A DNA stretch of 63,703 nucleotides, filler included, from Octopus bimaculoides (Eukaryota), in assembly GCF_001194135.2 (NCBI RefSeq). It is 4 parts of 4 records of this genome, joined end to end, with 100 filler letters (N's around TTAATTAATTAA, not from the genome) between each part and the next. Parts side by side here need not be neighbours in the genome. Positions count along the whole stretch, not along the records: positions 31,196 to 40,574 come from NC_069004.1; positions 40,675 to 61,877 come from NC_069002.1; 2 more parts are not named here. The stretch is one strand, 5' to 3'. The notes under the pieces were generated by a model. It saw only the letters and a list, made by a program, of their open reading frames with translations. It was not told where the DNA came from and did no database searches. Below, piece after piece: positions 40,224 through 50,924 of this stretch (positions within the stretch are counted from its first letter, which is position 1; the number at the start of each line of letters is the position of its first letter). Both the position numbers and the translations under genes were made by a program.

Positions 40224-40364
40224 ATATCAATGAATGTGCTCATCGTGTGGACTCATGCAGGCGTCACCAAACGTGCCATAATACTGTTGGGTCTTATTAT
40301 TGCAGTAACACAATAGACTGTGGAAGAGGATTGTGGTATGATGCTGCAGCAACTCGTTGTCGAG
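40224..40364 (+). CDS. cbEGF exon D (phase 1-1, 141 nt)
   Basis: ttttcctttgtag|AT...G|gtattc. Translates (D)INECAHRVDSCRRHQTCHNTVGSYYCSNTIDCGRGLWYDAAATRCR. Confidence 0.9.
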
Positions 40365-40574
40365 GTATTCCTTCAGTTTCTTAATTATATGCAGTTTTAA
40401 AATGTATGGAAAACCCTACAAGTAAAAATCTTATTTAAATCATTTAAATATTTGTCCTCCAGTTTTTTGGGGGGTTTTTTTTGTATTATGCAAGTGTTTA
40501 GGAAACAATTATCACATAATATATCAAAATTTGCCAGTGAGACACATCTAAGATTGCATTATTGATGGTGTTGC

Positions 40575-40674
40575 NNNNNNNNNNNNNNNNNNNNNNNNNN
40601 NNNNNNNNNNNNNNNNNNTTAATTAATTAANNNNNNNNNNNNNNNNNNNNNNNNNNNNNNNNNNNNNNNNNNNN
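40575..40674. other. Artificial scaffold-join spacer (44 N + TTAATTAATTAA + 44 N)
   Basis: Linker at 40619-40630. Confidence 0.9.
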
Positions 40675-41419
40675 TGAGGAAGGTGGGGTGATGAAGGACT
40701 GGTGGGGATTAGTCAGGTTGCAAGAAGGTGTTGTGTTTATGTGTGTGTACGTGTGTGTATATCGTGTTGTGCTTGTGTGTGTGTATGTCGTGTTGTTCTT
40801 GTGTGTGTGTATGTTGTGTGTGTATGTCTGTCACTTTGTGTGTGCATGCATGTGTATATGTGTGTGTGTTTCTTGTGTGCGTCTGTGTATGTATGCAAGG
40901 ACTTGTGTATGTTTGTATGTGTGTGTGTGTACATGTATGTGCATACATATGCCTGTATATGCATATGTGTGTGTATGCATGTGTTTATGTGTGTGTGTGT
41001 GTGTGTGTGTAAGTGTGTGACAAAGGGTTGAAAGATCTTATGTAGAGAATGGGGAAAATAAATTGGGGAAAACAACAAAAAAAAAGGAAAGGATTCCTGA
41101 AAAGATTTCTGCAAATAATAATGGCTTGTGGTGTTGTGAGAAGAGCGGGGTGGTGGATATTGATTTTGGAAGTGTTCAATCAATGAAATCCATATCAGTT
41201 CATGACTGGTACTTATGCTTATTGATGATGCCAACAGCAGTGATGCCAGCTCAAGCAGCAACCATTCCACTGGTGCTCGGAGATCATCCAGAAACTTTAT
41301 AATGGTGGGGCAGGATAACAATCTGCGTCACAGGTATGATTATGGTGCTCAAGTCTAAATACCAACGAGAACAACAACAACAACAATAATGATAATAATA
41401 ATAATAATTGTTATTATTA

Positions 41420-41785
41420 CTACCTCCACCTTAGCAGAGGCAGAAGCATTGTTTTCAGTTGTGTTTGTTTGTTTGTTCGAGGACAAGATATCTCAAGAAC
41501 TGCTGGATGGATTCGGGTGAAACTTTCAGGGATGTTTGGCCTTCTGAGTGGCACAAACTGATTAGATTTGGGAATCGATCCTGCACCGGAGAAGGATTCT
41601 GGATTATTTTTCCAGTTTTTTTTTTTTACTTAATTTTTGAGAGTGGTTGGGTTCACTTTTAGTATTCTCGTTTGTGAGAGCAGTTGAGTTTATTTCAGAT
41701 ATTCTCATTTTAAAAACCATCTCCAGCTAATCGTTGAGAGGACGTTGGTGTTGCATTGGCAGAGGTTTGCGATATCTCAGTGCAC
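41420..41785 (+). mobile_element. DINE-1/HINE-like (Helentron-derived) non-autonomous element
   Basis: acctccacc at the 5' end, short (tttg)n, and a subterminal inverted ggcagaggt followed by a small stem-loop-like end. This layout is typical of HINEs. Confidence 0.5.
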
Positions 41786-41804
41786 TTGGCATTATTATTA
41801 TATT

Positions 41805-42020
41805 AAGATGGCAAGCTGGCAGAATCGTTAGCACGCTGGTCAAAATGCTTAGCGGTATTTCACTCATTGCTACATTCTGAGTTCAAATTCTGCCAAGGTC
41901 GACATTGCCTTTCATCCTTTCGGTGTCAATGAATTAAGTACCAGTGAAACACTGGGGTCCATGTAATCGACTAATCCCCTCCTGCAAAATTGTAGGCCTT
42001 GTGCCTATACTAGAATGGAT
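41805..42020 (+). mobile_element. SINE family B
   Basis: gcaagctggcagaatcgttagcacgc...gcctttcatcctttcggtgtcaatgaattaagtacc. Flanked by (ATT)n. Confidence 0.85.
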
Positions 42021-42393
42021 TATTATTATTATTTTATATTTGACTTTTGCTTTGCATTTGTACAAGTTGGATCCAAGTCTCACCCAAAGACCCCAAGAGA
42101 CAACAAGTTAGAAGTTCATGTTGGTGTTATGCCTAGGGTACCATATATTTGGATTTGTACAGTTTTGTTCTAGTGAATGTTTAAGAAACCATAAGAAAAT
42201 TATGTGTTTGTTTTAAAATTTGAGATCACATAGACAGTATTTTACGTAGGATATGGGCACTTCCCATGAGCACTATCTTTTGAACTTCAGCCATTTTGGG
42301 GTTTCCTGAGCTAGGTGGTAATCAGCCCGTTTCGCTGTCATTCCCAGGGCACCTATGACAATAGGTATTGTTTTCGTCTTCAGATTCCACATC

Positions 42394-42436
<43 letters not shown>

Positions 42437-42663
42437 GTTGTTGTTAATGTTATTGTTATTATTGGTGAGCTGGCAGAATCGTTAGCATGGTGGGCAAAAT
42501 GCTTAGCAGTATTTTGTCCATTCTGAGTTCAAATTCTGCAGGCTTCTATCAGAAACCTAGCTTCTTTAGGCTCAGCTCATCAAATCTGGGATCTGAAACT
42601 GAATGAGCTTGGTTTCTGTTATAAGTCTGTGGAAATTGCATGCAACTGAATCAAACTGTCTTA

Positions 42664-42724
<61 letters not shown>

Positions 42725-42726
<2 letters not shown>

Positions 42727-42935
42727 CCTTTCTACTAAAAGCACAAGGGTTGAAATTTTGGGTAGAGAGAGGATAAGTTGATTGCCTCCACCCCAGTGCA
42801 TAACTGGTACTTATTTCATTGACCCCGGAAGAATGAAAGATAAAGTCAACTGCAGCGGAATTTGAATGCAGAACATAGGGACAGACGAAATGTCACTAAG
42901 CATTTTGCCTAGCATGCTAATGGTTCTGCCACCTT
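42725..42935 (-). mobile_element. SINE family B
   Basis: Reverse complement of the family-B core, flanked on both sides by (AAT)n. Confidence 0.85.
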
Positions 42936-42964
42936 AATAATAATAATAATAATTTTATATAGAT

Positions 42965-43974
42965 ATTAGCAGAGATACCCAGCCTTGCTCGGGATTGAAA
43001 TAGCATGGTTTTTTATTGTTTTACTTGTTTCAGTCATGTGACTGCAGCCATGCTGGAGCACCACCTACTAATTATTCTATCAGTGTCTTTTGCTGAACTG
43101 CTAAGTTATAGGTATGTAGATGCACCAATATTGGTTGTAAAGAAATGGTGGGGGTACAAACACACACACACACATATGGCTGCACACACACTAATATGCA
43201 CATATATACGACAGTGTTCTGTCAGTTTCCATGTACGAAATCCACTCACACGGCTTTGGTGGGCCAGAGGCTATAATGTATATATATAAGATAGAAAAGT
43301 GGTGGGGGTTGACATGCAGGTGTACTTGTAAGCATTAACCAATTTGGCTGATATTTTTAGCACGTCCTGCTACCACTGAACAGGTATTTGTGAATAGCTA
43401 TTATGTGGTAGCAGCGTGTGCTACACTAACCCTTACCAGTGTGCACAGTAAAAAATCTGATTAAAACAATCAAGAACTTGCAAATGTTATTGTCAGGCCC
43501 CTCACATCATTAATAATATCTGATACAAGTTACTGCCCCTTGTATCATCCAACATGTTTATTTAAATTCGTGAGTGCTCATTTTCCGTGTTTAATTTTTT
43601 AGTATGAAATATTTTTAAAATAGATGAATCCACATAATTTTTTCCATACTTCATTTATTTTGGATGTATTTCCCATTTTCATAATCTTTTTAGAAATTAG
43701 GCATCATTTTCTTGGAGAGGCACACTTGTAAAGAAGTGCCGAAAATTGTACGCATACCGTTGCATATACGTAGTGGGTTCAAATCCTTGGTGAATTGAGA
43801 GTAGTCTATTTATGTTGGGGGCGCGGAATTTTGAGGAAAAAAATTATAAGAAAACGCATCCGAAGTCAAAGAGAGCACACATGTCAGATTTGGTGAAATT
43901 CAGTTGAATATTGTAGGAGTAGCAGTGGTTCACACAACACACAGACAGACATCTTGCCTTTTAATATATAAGAT
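42965..43974 (+). mobile_element. Helitron/Helentron-like non-autonomous element with a nested SINE A (about 43005-43280, minus strand)
   Basis: 5' attagcagagatacccagccttgctcggg and 3' acacagacagacatcttgccttttaatatataagat resemble the termini of Lep1-type non-autonomous rolling-circle elements. Confidence 0.5.
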
Positions 43975-44473
43975 ATATATATCACCCTATAACATTCTAT
44001 TTCTTCCTGCATCATTGTGTCTTTTGACTCGCCCCAATTTTCCAAACAATCTCTTCTGATTATTTTGGTCCCTTATTCTTATTCTCATAATGTTTTTACT
44101 GACTTTGCTGTCATTCTTTGCTTCTCTCCCTCATTGACAACATTTATTCCTTTCTTTCCATTCTTCACATCGTGTTTCCTTTTAATGACTTTTTGTTTCA
44201 TTCCCTTTGTGCATCTTCTTTAAAAAGCTGCAGTTGACTCGCATCCCATCTCAAGCTCTTGATGCTTTCTTCTATGTCTTTTATTGTTTTTCTCTTTTTA
44301 GGCTGTTTGTTTGTTCCTCCCGCCACTTTTGCTACTACTCCTGCTACTGAAATTAGGCGATCGGTTACAGCTGTTTGGATTCACAGCTAATTGGACAGTC
44401 AAGCTGTTTTGGTGACTGTTCTTTTTAGCATTGGAGGCAAATACACACACACACACACACACACCCACACACA

Positions 44474-44557
<84 letters not shown>

Positions 44558-44689
44558 CACACACACACATGCATGCAGAAATATACAAGCACAGATAGAG
44601 AGAGTGAGAGAGATGCATTACACCTATATACAAACATAGGTAGATACTAACACACATAAACAGAGATGGGAGGAGAGAAATTTAGACCT

Positions 44690-45005
44690 GGCACTCTGTC
44701 AGTTATGAATGAGGAGGGTTCCAGTTGATCTGAACCATGGATCAGCCATGCTCATGGAATTAACATGCAAGCGACCGAGCACTCCACAGACATATGTGCC
44801 TTTAATGTAGCTCTGAGGGAGATTCAGTGTGATACTGAAAATGACAAGGTTGGCCCTCTTTGGGTACAACTCAGGTTTAGCAGCTGAGTGGAGTGCAGCG
44901 ACATGAAATAAAGTATCTTGCTCAAAGATACAGCCTGCCATTAGGAATTGAACTCATGACCTTACTATCCTGAGTTGAATACGCTAACCACTGAGCCACA
45001 CACCT
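44690..45005 (-). mobile_element. tRNA-derived SINE family D
   Basis: Minus-strand head gtgtggctcagtggttagcgtattc...gagttcaattcc (A and B boxes), then ctttgagcaag. A + strand relative lies at about 53005-53315. Confidence 0.8.
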
Positions 45006-45739
45006 TTGTGGGGAACGTGGTTGGGAGAAGGGTGACAGAAACATTAAGATGGCTGATGTTAAATAAGGTAGCACTGAATCAGTGATGCCATATAGTTGGC
45101 ACCAAAACAGCCGTGCCAAAATATCTCATAGCCTTCTCCTACAGCATAGTATAACTTACTTCTTGCCAGGAAAGAAGTGAGTGACACATGTCCTATAACA
45201 TTCTCAGCTCCTTTTATTGTTTCACTTGATCCTCATTCTATCATATTCTCCAAGTCCAGCAGGTTTCTCATTCCCAAATTCTTCAAGCTGGTCATTCCAA
45301 CCATTCTGTTACATCCTTAATTGTATTTCCTTTTTAACCAACTCATTTCTTTGTATAATACTTGAACATTGCCTCTGTGTTTTCTTCACTGACATTAACT
45401 TTAGACATGCCATGGTTCCAAGTTAGCTTTACCATTTGGTTTGACAGGTCTTCATTATGCTTTATAGAATGTGCCTGTCTTGTAAGTTTCTGGGAACACA
45501 CCTCCCTTGACCCAAAATGCAGCATTCTTCCCCTATGCGTTTTCTTAATTGGTTTACCCCATAAAGTAGTATTGCAGCTCAAGTCTTCTTATAAAAGGGA
45601 TACAGGAAGGTGCTGAGGTCTTGAAGTAGACACCGATAACGTGTTTACCGTTACCACAGTAACTGTTAAATATATTTGTGGATAAGATTTATGTACACAT
45701 TAGGAACAGGGTCTACCCTCCCCACCCTGCCCCCAATGA

Positions 45740-46660
45740 ACAGAAGAAGTGATGGACAAAACATCAACTATTAATTGACAAGTTGAATACCAGAAATTCT
45801 AAGAGAAAACAGACTGGTTTAGCCAAGGGATCGATTGACTACAAGAAGTGTTATGATAAAGGGTACCCTACTTTTGGAGCTTGAAGACGTTCAGAATGTT
45901 CAAAATTGCAAATAACATTACTAAACTGATATTAGTAAAGATGGTAAATGTGGAATGCAACTAACAGCAGGAAGTCATTCACTTGGAAAAGTCAAACTAA
46001 ATTACTGCATCTTCCTATCATCTCTCCTGTTTGTTGTTGTTCTTATAATACTTGTTGCTAGAAGTGAGAAAAGTAAAAGATGGATATATTCTAGGAAAAG
46101 ACCAGGAGATAATTAACCTGTTGTTATTTATGGATGACCTAAAGTTACATGATACCATTGAAAGGGGATTGGAGAACTTTGTCAGTACTGTGAAAGTGTT
46201 CAGCAATGATATCAGAATGGAATTTGGTAATTTCAAGTGTGGAACTGTTGTGATGAAGAAAGGAGAAATACCATAAAAGTGATGGAATAAATCTATCAGA
46301 TGAGGGTAAGATATTAGAGGTTCATATGGATGATGAATATTAATGTCTGGGAGTCTTGGAAGCTGATGGCAGAAAGAATAGAACAATGAAAGTTAAAGTC
46401 AGAAGAGAATGTTTCTGAAGAATAAGCAGAATATTAAAAGCCAAACACAATGGTATAAATGCCATCACTGCCATAAATTGAAGAGCTGTATCCATCATCA
46501 GATATCATACTGGAATAATCAAATGGACCAAGGAGGATCATGGGAATGTAGACAGAAATCAGGGAAACCATTGACAATCTACAGAGCTTTACGATCACAG
46601 GCAGATGTTGACGGGTTCTATTTCAATAAAAAGGATGGAGGAAGAATGGTGTGAAGTAAT
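45740..46660 (+). mobile_element. Decayed R4/Dong-like LINE RT fragment
   Basis: ORF 46052-46276: IINLLLFMDDLKLH...FSNDIRMEFGNFKCGTVVMKKG (MDDLKL, DI.MEFG..KC). Confidence 0.8.
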
Positions 46661-47073
46661 CATCATCACTTAACATCTAGTTTACATGCTGGCATGGGTT
46701 GGACAGTTTGACAGGAGCTGGCCAGCTGAAGAGCTGCCCAGTCCCTACGTTTGTTTTGGCATGGTTTCCATGGTTGGATGCCTTTTTTAATGCCAACCAC
46801 ATTACAGCACTGGTATAGGTGCTTTTTTTTTGTAGCCCCAGCACCCACAAGCCTGCAAGAAAAGGTTTTCAAAGTAATAATAGGAATCAAGGTCAGAAAG
46901 CATTTTGTTCACCAAAGAAGAGATTCTTGAAGGAAGAGACTCAAAAAACTAGCTATACATCAGTAGTCCTGCAAGCCCCAAGAGACCAAAGAAGCAGTTC
47001 TTAACATAGCTTACTGTAATATCAATCCTTTAGCATTCAAATTATTTATTTACATTGTATTGAATTAATCAGG

Positions 47074-47218
47074 AATTTACATTATTTACATTTGATGGAT
47101 ATTTGTCCTCATCTTGTTTGTTGTTAACACAACGTTTCAGTTGATATACCCTCCAGCCTTCATCAGGTGTCTTGGGGAAATTTCAAACCTGGGTTCTCAT
47201 TCCTAAGGTATTCTTTTA

Positions 47219-47253
<35 letters not shown>

Positions 47254-47500
47254 TCACTGCCTGGAATTGAGTGGTTAAGAGTACGGGCTACTAATCCCAA
47301 GATTCCGAGTTCAATTCCAGACAGTGACCTGAATAATAATAATAATAATAACATCGAAAAATACCTTAAGAATGAGAACCCAGGTTTGAAATTTCCCCAA
47401 GACACCTGAAATGTTGTGTTAACAACAAACAAGATGAGGACAAATATCTGTCAAATGTAAATAATGTACATAATTCCTCATCTCTTAAATATAGAACTGT
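47074..47500. mobile_element. Inverted pair of PLE-terminal (tRNA-like + hammerhead) modules: copy 1 on minus (47074-47270), copy 2 on plus (47271-47500)
   Basis: Arms of about 190 bp are mutual reverse complements around a 40-nt loop. Copy 2 lacks the 26-nt hammerhead stem II segment. Confidence 0.85.
47126..47171 (-). ncRNA. Minimal type I hammerhead ribozyme motif (copy 1)
   Basis: gacac CUGAUGA a ggctg..caact GAA ACGU U gtgtt. The core is intact and stem II is partly mismatched. Confidence 0.55.
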
Positions 47501-47558
47501 ATACATTATTTACATTATTTACATTTGACGGATATTTGTCCTCATCTTGTTTGTTGTT

Positions 47559-47604
47559 AGCACAACGTTTCGGCTGATATACCCGCCAACCTTCGTCAGG
47601 TGTC
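47559..47604 (-). ncRNA. Minimal type I hammerhead ribozyme motif (copy 3, best preserved)
   Basis: gacac CUGACGA a ggttg(gcgggtatat)cagcc GAA ACGU U gtgct. Conserved core, 5-bp stem II with one G-U, palindromic ACGU stem III. Confidence 0.65.
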
Positions 47605-47686
47605 TTGGGGTAATTTTGAACCTGGGTTCTCATTCCTAATGATGTTACTATTATTATATTATTATTATTATTACTATTATTAATCA

Positions 47687-47759
47687 GGTCGCTGCCGTGA
47701 ATCGAACTCGGAATCTTGGGGTTAGTAGCCCGCGCTCTTAACCACTACGCCATATGCCC
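47687..47759 (-). ncRNA. tRNA-like module (Pol III A and B boxes) inside the PLE terminus; not called a functional tRNA
   Basis: GGGCATATGGCGTAGTGGTTAAGAGCGCGGGCTACTAACCCCAAGATTCCGAGTTCGATTCACGGCAGCGACC: A box TGGCGTAGTGG, B box GAGTTCGATTC. Acceptor stem pairing is poor. Confidence 0.7.
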
Positions 47760-49276
47760 GTGGGCAATTATTTTTCTATCCTTCCTCAATACCGGTTCCT
47801 ATCTACACTCGGTCTGCTTAGGAGGTTGTTGTATCCTAGCATATGTGCTGCTTCTTTTAGTTTTTGTATTTTCCAGTGTTGTTCCCTGTCTATTATTTTA
47901 ACTTCATCCCACAGGGGGAGGTGGTCTCCATTTTGCCATACATGATCAGCTATACCCGATTTATCAATATCTCCTCGTGTCACAGCTTTGCGATGTTCTT
48001 CTACCCTTATTTTGAGGGGGCGNNNNNNNNNNGGTGGGTATCACGATCGCTACTTATATTCTTTGCTCGATGTTTTAGGCACTGAGCAATTCCTCTCTTT
48101 ACACTGTATGGATGGTGGGAATTGACGAAGGCTGGAGGGTATATCAGCCGAAACGTTGTGTTAACAACAAACAAGATGAGGACAAGTATCCGTCAAATGT
48201 AAATAATGTAAATAATTCCTCATCTCTTAAATATAGAACTGTATAGAACTGTATAATCATGCATTATCTCATAGTTTTGAGACTTTGTTGCTGTGATTAT
48301 TTGTTTTAGAATGACATTGTAAGGCAGGTGTGAGAGATCAGACCTGGCCAGTTTGAACATAAAACAGACAGAATTTTTGGAGATAGATATGGACAATTTA
48401 AAGGCTGAAGGGTTTAAGCTAATACCAAGAACATTATGACTCCATCACTGATAATTTTTCCAGACATTGTGCTAATATTCCTAGATGAGTCAAGGGCCAT
48501 GAAGTATAGGTGTTCTGCCCATTGATAATGTAACAGCCTGTGGATTTGAACTTATACTGTCTGAGGTGTTAGTTTGATATCTTGATCAAATCAACACTTC
48601 TGCTTTCGGCATGACCTCCATTACACACATGATATTTCACATGTTTAGCTATTCTGTAGCCATTATGTAAAAAAAAAAAATTTTTTTAATGCCATTGTCT
48701 TTTGATGACATATTTTGTGAAGAATGGGGACTATAAAAACATGTTCTTTTCTTCTATGTCTTTTGAGAAAAATTACATTCGTAAATGGAGAGCTAAATAT
48801 TCCTCAAGTATTAAGAAAGAGTTATTTTTGTGATAGCTCTTCTCAACATTCCAACTTGCAAAAAAAAAAAAACAAAAAAAAAACAAAAGGGAAACAAAAC
48901 AAACTAGCAATCTTTTTGTATTTTCTCTTGTTCTTAACTTTAGGTTAATATGAACACAAGACAAAAACAGCAACAAAAGTTGTGAGATAGGAAAATTATT
49001 TATCAAAATATCTGATTTCTCCATCTCTGATAATAGCAATTTTCAAAATAATGTGGAGGAATTTAAAAAAAAAAAAAATGAAGATTGTTTTTTTTTTTGT
49101 ATTTTTTTCCAGAATATATTGAACATTTTAAAGAACAATACACATTTAGTTTTTTCCTGTTTTCATTTTTTTATTTTATCTATTTTTTTTTTTGGTAGTG
49201 GTGAAGAAATTTAAGATGTTAAATAAAAGAGAAAGACATTAACGTAGACATTAAGCTGGCCATTTTGGATATCTTT

Positions 49277-49875
49277 GACATGTGGGAGGAATTAAGAAGC
49301 GTGGGCAGTGTAGAAGAAAAATGGACGTGTGGGTGGTGGGGAAAAGAATGAACATGTGTGCAGTGTAGAACGAAACGAACATGTGGGCAGTGTGTAAAGA
49401 AATTAGCATGTGGACAATGTGGAAAAATATGAACATGTGGGTGATACGTAAGAGAATTAACATGTAGGCAGTATTGGGAGCAAACAAACATGTGGGCAGT
49501 ATTGAAATGTATGAACATGTGGTCATGTAGAAGGAAATTAACATGTTGACAATGTGAAAAGAAATGGACATGGTGGCAATGTGGAAAGACTGCAAAATGT
49601 GGACAATGTGGAAAAAAATTGGACATGTGGGTGATGTGGAAAGGAATGATCATGCATGCAGTGTAGAAGGAAATTAACACGTGGACAGTGTTGAAAGACA
49701 TTAACATGTGGGCAAAATAGAAAGGGAATGTGTGGGCAATGTGGAAGCAAATGAACAATGTGGGCAGTGTTGAAATGTATGAACATGTGAGCAGTGGAAA
49801 CTCTCAAACATGTGGGAAGCATGCAAAGAAATTTACATGTGGTCATGTGTATGAACATGTGGTCACTTACATGTC
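49277..49875. repeat. Degenerate 27-bp minisatellite, roughly 20 units
   Basis: Consensus near aacatgtgggcagtgtggaaagaaatg. Consecutive units such as aacatgtgtgcagtgtagaacgaaacg and aacatgtgggcagtgtgtaaagaaatt are 27 nt each. Confidence 0.9.
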
Positions 49876-50129
49876 CATTTCTTTCCACACTTAGTGGATT
49901 GTTCACTTGGAAAGCATGGAAAAATGCCTGTGGATATTTGTGGTGGTTGTTTACATTCTGAGTTCAAATCTTGCAGAGAATTGAATTTTACCTTTCATTC
50001 TTTCAGGGTCAGTAATATAAAGTATCAGTCATATACTGGTGTCAGTTTTATTGACTAACACCTTCCCTTCAAAACTACTGGCATCATGAAATAGTAAATA
50101 TTACATTTATGAGCCCTAAAATTCACTCC

Positions 50130-50400
50130 ATAATTGCCCACAAGCATATGGCATAGTCATTAAGAGTGCGGGCTACTAACCCCAAAATTCCGAGTTCGAT
50201 TCTTGGTAGTGATCCGAATAATAATAATAATAACATCGAAAAATACCTTAGGAATGAGAACTCAAGTTCAAAATTTCCCCAAGACACCTGATGAAGGCTG
50301 GAGGGTATATCAGCCGAGACGTTGTGTTAACAACAAACAAAACGAGGGCAAATATCTGTCAAATGTAAATAATTCCTCATCTCTTAAATATAGAACTGTA
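50130..50400 (+). mobile_element. Solo PLE-terminal module (copy 5): tRNA-like head + (AAT)n + hammerhead-like motif
   Basis: ataattgcccac-aagcatatggcatagtcattaagagtgcgggctactaacccc...gacacCTGATGAaggctg..cagccGAGACgttgtgtt...tagaactgta. The core has GAGA instead of GAAA. Confidence 0.85.
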
Positions 50401-50454
50401 CTAGCATCAGATTGAATTTTGAAACCGGCATCATTATCATTATTAGTATCAAAG

Positions 50455-50900
50455 GGTGGTGGGAGGCAACAGCCTAGTGGAATCATTATCATGTTGGGCA
50501 AAATGGTTAACAGTATTTCTTCTAGTTTTATGTTCTGAGTTCAAATGCACTGAGGTCAACTTGGCCTTTCATCCTTTGTGGGTCGATAAAATAAGTACCA
50601 ATTGAGCACTGGGGTCAACATCATTGACTTAATCCTGCCCTTGAAATTGCTGGCCTTGTGCCAAAATTTGAAACCACTTATTAAATGGTGGTGGGTCGGC
50701 AGCATGTGTAGACTATGGGACAATACGCCTTGTGATATTCCTTCTGGTATCTTTATGCTCTGAGTTCTAGTCCCACGGAGGTCAACTTTGCTCTTTATCC
50801 TTTTGGAGTCAATAAAGTACAGTACCAGTCAAGTACTGGGATAAATGACATTCATGAATGTTCTTCCCCTCAAAACTGTTGGCCCTACACCCAAATCAGA
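50455..50900 (+). mobile_element. Two diverged SINE family B copies
   Basis: gaggtcaacttggcctttcatcctttgtgggtcgataaaataagtacc and gaggtcaactttgctctttatccttttggagtcaataaagtac. Confidence 0.75.
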
Positions 50901-50924
50901 AACCATTTTTATTATTATTATTTA

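Larger units (their letters stand above)
47505..48250 (-). mobile_element. 5'-truncated Penelope-like element: GIY-YIG C-terminus plus terminal module (copy 3), with an inverted partial terminal repeat (copy 4, + strand, 48122-48250)
   Basis: Minus-strand RPLKIRVEEHRKAVTRGDIDKSGIADHVWQNGDHLPLWDEVKIIDREQHWKIQKLKEAAHM resembles PLE GIY-YIG ends. Inverted terminal repeats at 5' truncations are typical of PLEs. Confidence 0.7.

Noticed and set aside
47687-47759. Functional tRNA gene
   Set aside because: Acceptor stem pairing is poor, and it is part of a multi-copy repeat with decayed copies. The parent tRNA (Ser- or Asn-like) cannot be assigned by eye.
49219-49906. His/Phe-rich proteins from minus-strand ORFs
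   Set aside because: They are overlapping frames across a minisatellite whose composition avoids stops on that strand, with no splice context.
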